Positions 50,703-63,369 of a DNA stretch of 64,000 nt are shown here, piece after piece. How positions within the stretch are numbered: the first letter of the stretch is position 1; each line of letters starts with the position of its first letter. The translations under genes and the position numbers were made by a program. Source of the DNA: Felis catus (Eukaryota). The stretch spans positions 224,070,001 to 224,134,000 of the forward strand of contig NC_058368.1 in assembly GCF_018350175.1 (NCBI RefSeq), read 5' to 3'. Under the pieces are notes generated by a model. The model had not been told where the DNA came from. It made no database searches and saw only the letters and a list, made by a program, of their open reading frames with translations.

Positions 50703-51069
50703 AATAGTAGTTCATGACGAGTAAAATGATTAACATAATAGTAATATGATTGTCATATTGGTAATAATTATAACTCTATCAAAACCATGATGATTATATT
50801 ACTCACTTAAATTTGAATAGATAACTTTGTAAGTAACCAGTGAACTGATAGTATGGTAATACGTGAACATGTAAGTATGCTGCTTTTCCTTGCATTTGAA
50901 CTGATATTAACACTGAAAACTGAAGTGTTTGGAAAAGCCAAATTTTAAAGAAAATTTTCATTATCATCTCAAATGTAATTAATGGTGACTGTCAGAGCAA
51001 AGACTTAGGGAGGAAGTAATGAGTTACTGGTGGACACTCAGCTCATGTGTATTTAAGTAGGGAATTGCA

Positions 51070-52261
51070 CTTTATTTGCTGTTCTTTTTTCCAGCTACTC
51101 TAAGTGTAAGGTTAGGGTGTGTACTTGAGACATTTCTTTCTTCTTTAGGAAGGCCTGTATTGCTATATATTTCCCTCTTATAGACACGTCTCTGGAGGCA
51201 AGGGAACGAAAGCAAAAAATGAACAATTGGCACCTCATCAAGATAAAAAGCTTCTGTACAGTGAAGGAAACAATCAACAAACCTAAAAGGCAACAATGGA
51301 ATGGGAGAAGATATTTGCAAATGACGTATCAGATTAAGGGTTAGTATCCAAAATCTAGAACTTCTCAAACTCAACATACAAAAAACAAACAAACAAACAA
51401 AAAAAAAAACAAAAAAAAACAAAAAAAAAAAACCTCAGAGAAGAAATGGGCAAAAGACATGAACAGTTTTCCAAAGAAGTTATACACATGGTTAGCAGAC
51501 ACATGAAAAGGTGCTCAACATCACTCATCATCAGGGAAATACAAATCAAAACCACAATAAGATACCACCTCACACCTGTCAGAATGGCTAAAATTAACAA
51601 CTCAGGAAAGAACAGGGGTTGACAAGAATGTGGAGAAAGGGGAACACTTTTACACTACTGGTGGGAATGCAAACTGGTGCAATTATTCTGGAAAATAGTA
51701 TTTGAAGGGGCACATGCACCCCCATGTTTATTGCAGCACTGTCAACAATAGCCCAGTTATGGAAAGAGCCCAAATGTCCATCAACTGATGAGTGGATAAA
51801 GAAAAAAGTGAGGCATATGTATACACAATGGAATATTGCTTAGTCATCAAAAATAATGAAATCTTGCCATTTGCAACAATCTGGATGAAACTAGAATGTA
51901 TTATGCTAAGCAAAATAAGTCAGTCAGAGAAAAATAAATAATATATTATCTCACTCATGGAATTTAAGGAACAGAACAGATGAACACAGAGAAAGGGAAG
52001 GAAAAATAAGATAAAAATGGAGAGGGAAGCAAACCAGAAGAGACTCTTAAATACAAACACTGAGAACAAACTGAGGGTTGCTGGAGGGATGTTGGGTGCG
52101 GGGAATGGGCTAAATCAGTGGTGGGTATTAAAGAGAGCTCTTGTTGGGATGAGCACTGGGTGTTATACATAAGTGGTGAGTCACTAAATTCTGCTTGTGA
52201 AACCATTATTACTTGGGTTTAAAATAAAATAAAATAAAATAAAATAAAATAAAATAAAATA
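51070..52261 (+). mobile_element. Carnivore L1 with 5' inversion
   Basis: Antisense ORF2 piece 51070-51182, sense ORF2 end and 3' UTR, (TAAAA)n tail, TSD aag(t/a)agggaattgca. Confidence 0.93.
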
Positions 52262-52391
52262 AAGAAGGGAATTGCATGGAAGGTAGCTGAACTGCCCCCC
52301 CACACACACTTTTTTTCCCTGTTTGTATCCCACCAATTCTTGGTCATGTGCAGTCCTTGAAACATTTACACATTTAAAATTTCTTATCGTT

Positions 52392-52600
52392 GGGGCACCT
52401 GGGTGGCTCAGTCAGTAAATCTTCTGACGCTGGCTCAGGCCATAATCTCACAGCTCATGGGTTTGAGCCCTGCATCGGGCTCTGTGCTGACAGCTCAGAG
52501 CTTGGAGCCTACTTCAGATTCTGTGTCTCCCTCTCTCTCTGCCTCTCTCCCACTCTGCCTCTGTCTTTCTCAAAAATAAGTAAACATTTAAAAAATTGTT
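52392..52600 (+). mobile_element. CAN-SINE
   Basis: TSD tttaaaatttcttat. Confidence 0.95.
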
Positions 52601-52992
52601 TAAAATTTCTTATTGTTGTTTAGACTTATACAAATCCATATTCAATATATACACAGTGAACATATATTAACACATATACAAAACAAACACAGTTTTAGTC
52701 TTAAAAATTTTATTTATCTAAAATATTCATCCCCAAATCAAGAATTGATTTCACTAAATCAAACCAAACAAAAATGGAATAAAACAAACTCTTCCATGAA
52801 GGCCCCTATTAATTTGCCACCAGAATATATGAAATATTATAAAAATACAATATTTGCAGAGTATATGTGTTACTGATTTGCAAAGAATAGTTGATAAAAT
52901 AATAGATATCATTTATAGTGTGTTTACTATTTGACAGACATTAGAGAGCTTTACACCCATTATTTTTAAAATTATAACATGAAACATTAACT

Positions 52993-53208
52993 TTAATTTA
53001 ATTTTTTTTTGTATGTTTCATTTATTTGAGAGAGAGCAAGCGAGCATGAACAGGGCAAGGGCAGAGAGAGAGCAGGAGAGAGAGAATCTCAAGCAGGCTC
53101 TGTACAGTCCCCACAGAGCCCTACATGAGGCTTGATCTCATGAACCCTGAGATCACGACCTGAGTTGAACCCAAGAGTCAGACACTTAACTGAGCCACTC
53201 AGACACCC
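52993..53208 (-). mobile_element. CAN-SINE
   Basis: SINE body. Confidence 0.93.
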
Positions 53209-53283
53209 TTTAACCCTATTTTATATATGGGAAGTTTAGTCAGGGGAAGGCTACATAATTTAGCCAAGATCATGCAACTACGA

Positions 53284-53330
53284 TTTTTTTTTAAGAATTT
53301 TATTTTATTTTTTAAAGTTTATTTATTTAT

Positions 53331-53369
<39 letters not shown>

Positions 53370-53543
53370 ACGTAAATGGCAAAGAGCAGAGAGAGAGAGG
53401 GGGAGAGAGTAAGGGAGAGAGACAATCCCAAGCAGCCTCCCTGCAGGACCAGTGCAGAGCCCCATTTGGCTGGCACTCAGGAACCAGGAGATCCTGACCT
53501 GATCGGAAGTGGGATGTTTAACTGAGCCAACCAGGTTCGCCCA
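53284..53543 (-). mobile_element. CAN-SINE with (GA)n
   Basis: SINE body. Confidence 0.92.
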
Positions 53544-53897
53544 CAACCAGGAAATGTTTGGTGGAAAAGATGAGCCGAGGCATTCCTACATTAGAGCCTG
53601 AGCCCTCAATACTTCTATCCTGCATTCCATTAGCATCAACTATGGTTTTTCCTATCAAATGCAAATAACCAAGCAACATTCTACAGGAAAATCTATGTAT
53701 CAGTTCTAATATGAATTGCTTTTAATGATGAACAATTTTATTAAGTGTATTTGAAAGCACCCAATTACATAATAAATATAATTAAAAGTTAAAACTCCTT
53801 AAAATTGCAGTAATAAAAATGTAACATTTCTTTAATTAAAGCAGAGACTCAGTACCTGATTTATTAAGAGAAAAAGAAAAAAAAAAAAGCAGTTTAA

Positions 53898-55103
53898 ACT
53901 TCCAGTTACCGGTTCAGCATGTAAGGCACCAGGAAGTTGCCACTTTATCTCAACAGCAAGTAAAAATCCCAACAGACTGAAGAATCGACAACTCTTCTTG
54001 GATCCATCGGAGACAGGAGGGCCTATGACACACTGCTGGGCTGAGACTGGAGACAGACAGAGACTACAGCGGATGGGAGCTGACTGTCACCAGCCGCACC
54101 TGACTCTGGGTCCCGTGCCTGGGGAGGAAAACTTGAAGTCTAACCGGTGAGTTGCAGGAGGCTCAGTGAAGCCAACTCGAGAGAGAGAAAAACTCTAGGG
54201 GGCCCCAGTGATGGTGGGGCACAATATTGTCAAGTACGCTTCTAGTGGCTTCACCACCAGGTTCCCATATCAAAGAAAAATCCCACTGGCTTCCTGAAGG
54301 GGGCAGGGAAGAGGAACTGTTATGGAATGTACACCTGCACTCTGTTTTCCTTAGCAACCCTTGACCTCAAGAAAATTCATCAGAGACCACCTGCTAGGGT
54401 ATAATTAGAGCCTAACAGACCTGGGAGAAGGGAAATATCCAACTCCAGCCGGCTCAACGCATCCTCTCTTGCGTAAGGGAAAGGGGGTGGGGGTGGGAAG
54501 ACCAAAAAACACCCGTGAAGTTCACAGTCTGAAGGCTCACTGAAAACTGAGACATCATCATAAGTTATAAAAGGCTTCCCCTCCCTCACACTTCATCACT
54601 ACATGAGTGAAGGCCTATTTTCAGCAGTCCCTTTTAGCCAGTGCATCATCTCTGGCTACCAAGAAAAAACTACAAGGCATACCAAAAAGAAAAAAAAAAA
54701 ATACAATTTGAAGAGACAAACCAATCATCAGAATCAGACACAGCAGAAATGCAGCGTAAAATAGATAAAAACAGATGGACAATGCCAGCAGAGAGACGGA
54801 AATCCAAAGAAGGAAACAACAAACAAACAAAACAAAACAAGAAATCAAAAACACTGTAACAGAAATGAAGGGTGCCTTTGGTGGGTTTTTCATAAACTGG
54901 ACACAACTAAGGACAGAAGTTTTGAGCTAGAGGATATGTTAATAGAGTCCATGAAGCCCGAAAAGTGAAGAGAACTGAGAAAAACAAAACGAAATGTCCA
55001 AGGACTGTGGGACATCAGCAAAAGCTGTAACAGACTCATAATAAGAATCCCTGAAGGAGAAGAAAAACAAGAACAGAAGGAAAGGCGCCCTGAGAATAAT
55101 TTC
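53898..55103 (+). mobile_element. Old L1 5' UTR and partial ORF1 (L1MC/L1M4-like)
   Basis: 'aacagactgaagaatcgacaactcttcttggatccatc'; ORF1-like 'aacagaaatgaagggtgcctttg...tccaaggactgtgggac'. Confidence 0.8.
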
Positions 55104-55105
55104 CA

Positions 55106-55440
55106 TGTAGGGGGTGGGATGTTCCATAGCACCGAGCAAGTCTTAGACATCAGCTGGGTGTCCTATCATTCCACCCAATTCTGACGCTGTCTATGCATAG
55201 GAGGCATCCGATTCCATAGGCTGAGGGCTCAGTCCCTCACGACTACCCTCCTCTCCAGACAACCACAAATTCAGGCTGTCACTTGTGCTTCTGATTGACT
55301 GGCTACAAATCAGAGCTTCCTGCCACCCCTTCCTTGGGTTTGATAATTGGGTAGATCAGCTCACGGAACTCAGGGAAACATCTTACTAGATTATCAGTCA
55401 TGGTGTTAGAAACAGCCAGAAGGAAGAGATACACAGGTGC
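55106..55440 (-). mobile_element. MER21-like LTR fragment
   Basis: 'gacatcagctgggtgtcctatcattccacccaattctgac...ctgagggctcagtcc...ctcacggaactcagggaaac'. Confidence 0.75.
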
Positions 55441-56779
55441 CAAGCCATCACAGCAACAAGTGGAAGTCTATAAACTCATCTAAGGATCATCAGGTCCTTG
55501 TTCCCAGTTCCAACAAATCTAGATCATTTATAACCAGATAGGGTGATATTCTGGGCAGAATGCATTCTGGGGCAAATCCCCTCTCTGGCTGAGAATCTAA
55601 GAAATGAGAAAACAAGTGGTCATTCCTCAAAATGTTATGAAAAAATAGGATGAGGGGAGCAGTTTAGACATTTGCAATTCAAAACAGAAAAAAAAAATCT
55701 AAGCCAGTAAAGGGTCACTGGTCTCAAGCAATTTGAAACTTTAGCAGGTTAAATTCTGTTAGTTTTAAGGCCTAGGGATAATCTTCTGTGGTCAGAGGCT
55801 CCAACCACTGGGTCTGCAACTTTGCCCTTTGAATCATTTTTTTTTTCTTTTTTTGAAAGATAGTGCATGTTTGCAGAAGAACAGTTAATTGAGCCCATAT
55901 GCTGCCTGTAGAATTTTGAAAATCCGACATCCCTCCCCCATTGGTCCTATTTCTGTTCCTTCCAGTGAAGTGTTTCTCCTGGCATGACATTTCCCCAAAC
56001 CTTGTGGATTTCTGTGTATGTCACAGGGATTCCTGGCATTAGACAAGAGAGTCATCCACAGATCTCCCCTGTATAATCCCATCTCTGTTTCCGGTTTCTA
56101 CTGAGAGGTCGAAGGTATCCATGAGTCACATGCATAATCCCTTCAGGAACAGCAAATGTGTGTCCTACCTTCCTTTGATATTCTCTCCATAACATGTTTT
56201 GTTAGCAGTTACTCTCTGAATTGTAGTGTCATTTGCAATCTGGATAGGCAGAGGATTCACAAAATCATCAAGTCCTGTTTGCTTTCTGCCAAACAGCTTT
56301 TCATCTCCTTTGTCTCATATTTTAATATAACCAACAAGAGAAAACCAGGCCACATTTTAAACCGTTTGCTTAGAAATCTCATGTAAATAGTGTAGACCAC
56401 ACTTTGGCTAAATTTTCTGACAGTATATATGAAGGAATGCCTTTCTCTACTTTCCAAAAATGTGTCCCTCATGCCCTTCTGAATTTTGTCACTGCCTTTA
56501 ACATTTACATTTCTACCCACATTCCATTTGTGATGATACACGGATTCTCTACTATAGGCTTTCAATACTGTAACCCTCATTTCCTTATGAGCCTCCAACA
56601 TCAGGCGCCTTTAATATCCATATTTCTAAGAGACTGTCATGTTTAAAACACTCTAGGCTTCTTCTAAATGTGCATCAAAATTTTTCCAGCTTCTAATTAT
56701 TATGCAATCCCAAAGGCACATCCACTCTTTTAAATACACTGTTAACAGAATTACCTCACTTGCTGGTACTAAAAATCTA
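55441..56779 (-). mobile_element. MaLR internal region (MLT1-int)
   Basis: 'cattctggggcaaatccc', ends at the LTR junction 'ctggtactaaaaatct'. Confidence 0.8.
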
Positions 56780-56985
56780 TAGCACTTTTAAATGTGCTGC
56801 AACAAATTACTAAAAACTTGGTAGCTCAAAACAATGAAAATGTATCATCTCATGGTTCTGGACGTCAGATGTCGAAGGTCAGTTTCACTGGGTCTCAGGA
56901 GGGCCATGCTCCCTCTGGAGGCTTTAAGGGACAATCTGTCTCTTGCCTCTTCCAACATTTAATAGTTTCTGTTGTCTAGTGCCAC
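56780..56985 (-). mobile_element. MLT1C/D-like LTR (partial)
   Basis: 'aacaaattactaaaaacttggtagctcaaaacaa...ctccctctggaggctttaaggga'. Confidence 0.85.
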
Positions 56986-57290
56986 CCCTCAAGACAAGCA
57001 GCCAACCCAGAGAATCATGAGTTAAATAAAATAGTTACTGCTTCGACTAACATTTGTGTTGTGTTGTTATCTAAATTAACACATTTATTCCACGTTGAAA
57101 TTTTTGCCAATAGTGGCACTTCTACTGTTTTTGTTTGTTTGAGTTCTCTTAAGACTTTTTGGTAGCAGTGTTCACCCTTACTTTGGAAATTTCCGTGTAG
57201 CCGGGATACCACTGACTACTCATTTTTTTATTTGGCCACAGAAGGGCAAGTGTATGGTATGATGGTTGACTTTAGTTTTCTATACCACTG

Positions 57291-57293
57291 TTT

Positions 57294-57364
<71 letters not shown>
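57291..57364. repeat. (TTTC)n tetranucleotide in SINE tail
   Basis: Perfect run. Confidence 0.97.
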
Positions 57365-57365
<1 letters not shown>

Positions 57366-57551
57366 TTAATTGAGAGAGAGAGAGAGTGAGAGAGCAAGGG
57401 AGGGGCAGAGGGAGAGGGAGAGAGAGAATCTCAAGTAGCCTCCACGTCCAGAGCTGAGTCCAACATGGTCTCAATCTTACCACTGTGAGATCATGACCTG
57501 AGCCAAAACCAAGAGTCAGACGCTCAACTAACAGGGCCACCCAGGCACCCC
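57365..57551 (-). mobile_element. CAN-SINE
   Basis: Ends 'cccaggcacccc'; TSD-like accact(g/t)tttt. Confidence 0.94.
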
Positions 57552-59294
57552 TGCACCACTTTTTTCTGAAGGAGGCACTCTATCAGCCCCATATCTAATT
57601 TTAATTTTAACTTTCTTGGTGTGCTAACCATGCTGTAAATAACATCAAGCCCAGAAGGAAAGAGCTAACTTATTAAGTTTGGGTGGTTGTTATACATCAA
57701 AAATTAACTGATATGGCTTTAAAATAGCATAAATATATTTAAATGTCGCTACTCTAGCCCTAACAGTTACCTACTTCAGGAAGGCTCTCAAAATAATCTT
57801 CTAATGGCAAAAATCAACATCAGAAAATATAAAGTATCTATGTTTTTTCCCAGTAGGTAGAAGTAATCAAGTTTTTAACCTTCTATAAATGGATATTAGA
57901 TTTAAAATCAATTTACTCTTCTGAATATAAAAAGGTTTAATTGTCAGCTCTCTTTACTACAGGGACATTGTCATACGAAATATATGTAAATTTAATAAAT
58001 ACATATACTTATGATTTTATTTTTAGTCCATGAGTTTTTAATTCCATAGACTCACTCGGGTCTGATGTTAAAATCTAGCCTTGAGTCACAATCTTAAACT
58101 TCTAGTATATTATTGCAGCCTCCATACCTAGGATTTTACAGCTCACAATAAGATCATTGACCAAAGTATAACTTCTCTCTATTTTTCATAGAAATGAACT
58201 TGTCCTAAAAGAAAAGATTTAAGGTGCAGTTTCCATTGTGAATGTCCACCGAATTGTCAAAGATGGCTTAAGAATTGACCATTTATTTAATCTGTAGAAT
58301 AGTCTCTCGTTTTCATGCCTCAAGGCTACTAGAATATATAGTTGCAAAAAGAAATTCTCTCAAACTAAAATGTGGGAACTTCTAATCCAGTATGTCTTTA
58401 AAAGATAGATGTATTTTGGTTCCATTTGGAAGAAAGCAACTATTTTCTAAATATTATGTTTAGACTCCATTTCTATGTTGAAAAGCTCCCAGGTACTTAT
58501 GAAAGAGAGGTTCTTGCTGCTTATGATATTATAGTCTAATTCAAAACCTTTTAACCATGAAAAATAGCATACTGTAAGGTAATAGGAAAAAATCCTTGAG
58601 TCTCAATGCATTATTCCATTTTTAGTCCAATAGAACACTTTTCTAAAAGAAATACATTTTATTCTCATTTATTTCTAAACATATTAGATACTTGCTTTTC
58701 ATTTACTATGCCTCTTTCTGAGTATTCTTTGAGCACAGCTGATAATAGTCCTAATAAAGCAGAATATCACACAAAAGGAAATTAGTAAACATCTCCATAC
58801 AGCCCAAGAAAACTGAGGTCAATGTAGAAATAATTATAAATTAAATTGATTAATAATTCAGTCATTTGTTGATTGATCTACCCACTGGAAATCACATTTT
58901 AAACTACTTAAAAAAATGGCATTAATACGTGTAACTCTTGCAAATAATTCTCAGTCCTCTTTTGCTATAAGTTTTCTATTTTTATATGCTCTTGTACACA
59001 TTCACTCTTGTTTTCACAACATATTTCTTGAAAAGCAGTCCAAGATGATGATGTAGAAACACCCTGAACCTATCTCCTCCCAAGGACACACGGAGTCTCT
59101 ACCTACCTATAGAGTAGTTCCTATAGAGAAGAGTTGCGGGGGGGGGGGGGGGCATTTATTGAACATCTTTTGTACCATAAACAATAAAGAGACCACACAG
59201 AGAAGGGTCAGGCAGAACATTGGAACGACAGGCACTCCACCCCTGATGTGGCAACATGCAGTAGGGAGGGATATCACTGAGGGGCTGTATGCAC

Positions 59295-59300
<6 letters not shown>

Positions 59301-59325
<25 letters not shown>

Positions 59326-59566
59326 TGTTTTAATCTTTTTTTTTTTAATTTTTGGTTTTTTTTCAACGTTTATTTATTTTTGGGACAGAGAGAGACAGAG
59401 CATGAATGGGGGAGGGGCAGAGAGAGAGGGAGACACAGAATCGGAAACAGGCTCCAGGCTCGGAGCCATCAGCCCAGAGCCTGACGCGGGGCTCAAACTC
59501 ACCGACCGCGAGATCGTGACCTGGCTGAAGTCGGACGCTTAACCGACTGCGCCACCCAGGCGCCCC
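59301..59566 (-). mobile_element. Young SINEC_Fc
   Basis: TSD tgcactcttct at 59290 and 59567; long T tail. Confidence 0.98.
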
Positions 59567-60759
59567 TGCACTCTTCTGTCCTCAGGCACAGTGAAAATAC
59601 ATTTTAAGGGCCACCGAGAGTACAAGTAAAGGAAATCCATCTACTAACCTTAGGCAGTCTCCAAAGAGGCAAGGAACTATGGGAAGGGAACTCTCTCCAG
59701 GGTCAGAGGCACTATGGAATGCTATTTTTTAGACTCCTCCCCTACCTTGATAGTGCAGGTGGGGGCAAAGTCCAGGTACTCTAGCTGACCTTGTAGAGAT
59801 GGCATGTTCCAGGCCCTGCCAGCCCCCAGCTTCAGTCACCCTGTGCCCCTAAATGGCACACGACAGGACTGACCTGGCCTGTACTTTCTCCAGCTCTAGC
59901 TTTCCTGACAAGGTGGCCCCAACACAGCATACCTTGGGCACCACTGGTCTGCCCCTGCTCTGGTTCCAGCCAGCCTGCCAAGGACATCAGGCACACACAG
60001 TCTGCACAGGGGATGTTCTTTGCAAGGCCATTCCTTTAAAACCAGGAGAGGTACCTGTCCCCTCTAATTTATAGAAGGAAACAGAAAGTCAAACAAAGTG
60101 AGGAGACAGAGGAATATGTTCAAAACGAAAGAATGAGATAAAAATCCCAGGGAGAAAAATCCCTCATGAAATGAAGGAAAAGAGTTCAAAATAATGGTCA
60201 TAATGATGTTCACCAAAATCAGGAGAAGATGGAAGCAAACAGTGAGAACTGCAACCAAGAGATAAACGATAGAAAAAGAACCAATCAGAGCTGATTATAT
60301 ATGTATATGTATATATACATATATACCTATATACATGTATATAGTAACTGAAATGAAAAATACATGATAGGGAATCTTCAGCAGGTTATATGATACAGAA
60401 GAACGGATCACCAATTTGGAAGACAAAAAAGTAGAAATCACTCAGTAAGAACAGCTAAAGGAATGAAAAAAGAATTTAAAAACCTGAAGACAGTTTAAGG
60501 GGTCTCTGGAACAACATCAAGAGTACTAATATTCACATTGTAGGGGTTTTAGAAGAAGAAGATAAATGGTAGAAAACTTACTTGTAGAAATAATGGCTAA
60601 AAACTTGCCTAGCCTGGGGTAGGAATCAGATATCCAGATCCAAAAAGCATAGAGAGTCCCAAACAAGATTAACTCAAAGAGATCCACACCAAGACATATT
60701 ATAATTAAAGAGACAAAAGTTAATGCATTAAAAAGAGAGAGAGAGAGAGAGAGAATCTA

Positions 60760-60930
60760 GTGGCTCCTGGGAGGCTCAGTCAGTTGAGTGTCGGACTCCT
60801 GGTTTCAGTGCTCAGGTTGTGATCTCACTGCCCTGCACTGGGCTCCATGCTGACCAAAGCTTGCTTGGGATTTTCTCTCTCCCTCTCTCTGTCTCAAAAT
60901 AAATAAATAAACTTTAAAATTTTTAAAAAA
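60760..60930 (+). mobile_element. CAN-SINE inserted in L1 ORF1
   Basis: agagagaatct on both flanks. Confidence 0.9.
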
Positions 60931-62794
60931 AGAAAGAGAGAATCTTAAAAGGAGCAGGAGAAACATAATAGTCACAAGGAAATCCCCATAAGACTATGAG
61001 CTGATTTTTTACCAGAAATTTTGCTGCGCAGAAGGGAGGGGCAGGATCATAGTCTGAACAACTGGTCTATTGCTGATGACGGTTATTGGTCCTGATGATT
61101 TGAGAGGCATCAGAGTTACGAGGAGGAATTCTTCAGCCTCAACCAATCCTCTCCTATGATTCTACTTAACACTAAAGGGCGTGATGTCACCAAAAGCCAA
61201 GCATAGAAGACCAATTGCTAGCAATTATACATGTAGACCTTACTATACTGCCTTATATATTTTTAATGAGACTTCATTCAAACCAAACCTAAGTAACAGA
61301 AGACTTGTATTCTAGTTTTTCCTACTACTTAATGACCATGGCATAGAAATCAAGTCACACACACACACAAAATCAAGTCTGGAATTTAAGAATTCCCAGA
61401 CGGTTTAAGTTTATGTTTATTTTAAATTAAACTTAGTAAGACAAATGTGAAGATCTCTGAATGAAAAAGAGAACATGATAATAAGATTAATGTAGAGAGC
61501 CATTATTTTTTTATATTAATAACCAATATGCAAAATATATGTATATATAGCATTAATAAATATTATCTATTGATTTGAAAAAGCCTTTTTAAAAATTTTA
61601 GGTGCCATACGGTCTTTAGTAGCACATTTCATAAGGTGATTCAACTCAAGTTTGAGATCAAAAGTATATCTGCTGGGGGGGGTCACTTAACATGCCAGCT
61701 TTTATAGACACAAATGTGGAAACCTGTAAATGCATGCAACAAACTGTGCTTTTATGCCTAGAAGAGTAATTTGAAGCCCCTCTAGTTATGCAAAGGTAGG
61801 GCGAGAAGGCAGGCAGTACTTTTAGTGGCTGCACTGATGCATTGATAATGTCATGCTCAAAGACCCAGTCAATGCCAATCTCATAGTTTGGAATCCGGGT
61901 TATCAGTATGCTTGTAAATCTCAGAAATCTGCCTCCCTTCTAGAAATTAAAAGCTTGCTAGAGAAGACAATATTACATCAATGAAGGTGAATCAGTAAGG
62001 CAACGGAGTCTAGGCTAAGGACCTAAGCGTAACACAAGGCCAGAACCTCTCCATGGGAGGGCTGGTCTCAGCACACAGCACGAAGCTTATGCAAGGAAGT
62101 CCTCTGACAGCAGGACATCTAGCCTATGATTTTGAGAAAGACTTGCTAAATTTGTTGTAAATTAAAGTTTTAAAACCTGGGGGAACAAGCATGAAGGAGA
62201 TCTCACACTGGTAGTCCACAGTTTAGATTCTAGTTCTCTCTTATTTCCTATAGGGAAAAATGTTAACCCCAGGTATGACTTCAAAATCCTTCTGCATTGA
62301 GAAAAAAAAATCCATTGTCCGGGGATGAGAAATTGAACCTCTTGTCAAAACACTACTAAAGGTTCATCAGTTAAAAAAAAAAAAAAAGGTAAAATACCCA
62401 ATGATTTTGAATCCCCAAACTGACAAGCAGTTCACACCAGTTTCACATGGTATGGAGTTCCGTAAACCATATTCCCATTATTTCCTTCAGAAAGTATAAT
62501 ACTATATAATTGCTGTCAAAATAAATAATGTGGAGAGACACAAAACCTCTTCGGATGCTCAGGGCTAACATGGAATTTGTGAAGTTTCAACATTTTTTTT
62601 TCTTCTTTTCTCCTTTAGAATATCAACAAATCAAAGTTCAGTTGCCTTTCCTGGTAAGGAACATGTAAGAGCCCCTGGATTTTAGATATATCTTTCCATT
62701 TCTCTCCTCTATGTAACAATGCTACTACAAAGGAACATGTTAAACCTAACATTTTTTTAATTAAATTAAATTCTTTTTAAAGATTTTATTTTTA

Positions 62795-63008
62795 AAAATT
62801 TTTTTAACGTTTATTCATTTTTGAGAGACAGAGAGAGACAGAGCATGAGCGGGGAAGGGGCAGAGAGAGGGAGACACAGAATGTGAAACAGGCTCCAGGC
62901 TCTGAGCGGTCAGCACAGAGCCCGACGCGGGGCTCGAACTCACAAACTGCGAGATCCTGACCTGAGCCGAAGTCGGACGCTCAACCGACTGAGCCACCCA
63001 GGCTCCCC
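62795..63008 (-). mobile_element. SINEC_Fc
   Basis: Perfect 18-bp TSD ttaaagattttattttta at 62777 and 63009. Confidence 0.97.
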
Positions 63009-63119
63009 TTAAAGATTTTATTTTTATGTAAACTCTACACCCAAAGTGGGGCTTACACTCACTACCCCAATATCAAGACTCACATGCTCTACCAATTAAC
63101 TGAGCCAGACAGGCACCCC
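63009..63119 (-). mobile_element. Short old tRNA-like CAN-SINE monomer (SINEC_old-like)
   Basis: 'ctctacacccaaagtggggcttacactcac...tcaagactcacatgctctacc..ctgagccag..ggcacccc', no CT tract. Confidence 0.8.
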
Positions 63120-63137
63120 AAAATAAAATTGATTTCT

Positions 63138-63369
63138 TGTTTTGTTTTGTTTTGTTTTAATTTTCAATGTTTACTTATTCATTTTGGAGAGAGAGACAGA
63201 GACACAGTGCTAGCCGGGGAGGGGCAGAAAGAGGGAGACACAGAATCCAAAGTAGACTCCAGGGTCTAAGCTATCAGCACAGAGCCTGCCATAGGGCTTG
63301 AACTCACAAACCATGAGACCGTGACCTGAGCCAAACTCAGATGCTTAACTGAGCCACCCATGCGTCCCC
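63138..63369 (-). mobile_element. SINEC_Fc
   Basis: TSD ataaaattgatttct at 63123 and 63370. Confidence 0.96.

Larger units (their letters stand above)
52900..53620. mobile_element. MIR split by two SINEs
   Basis: 'cctattttatatatgggaag...aatttagccaagatcatgcaacta' core between the SINEs. Confidence 0.6.
59035..61050 (+). mobile_element. L1 5' UTR and decayed ORF1 (L1MA/MB-like)
   Basis: 'caagatga..gtaga' start; ORF1 motifs 'ggaacaacatcaag', 'gatccacaccaagacatattataattaaa', 'cccataagactatgagctgattt'. Confidence 0.88.

Noticed and set aside
54621..55150. Cluster of overlapping ORFs
   Set aside because: Decayed L1 ORF1 and its T-rich antisense
59138..59152. G15 homopolymer as a G-quadruplex
   Set aside because: Isolated run in an L1 5' UTR; length is unreliable in assemblies
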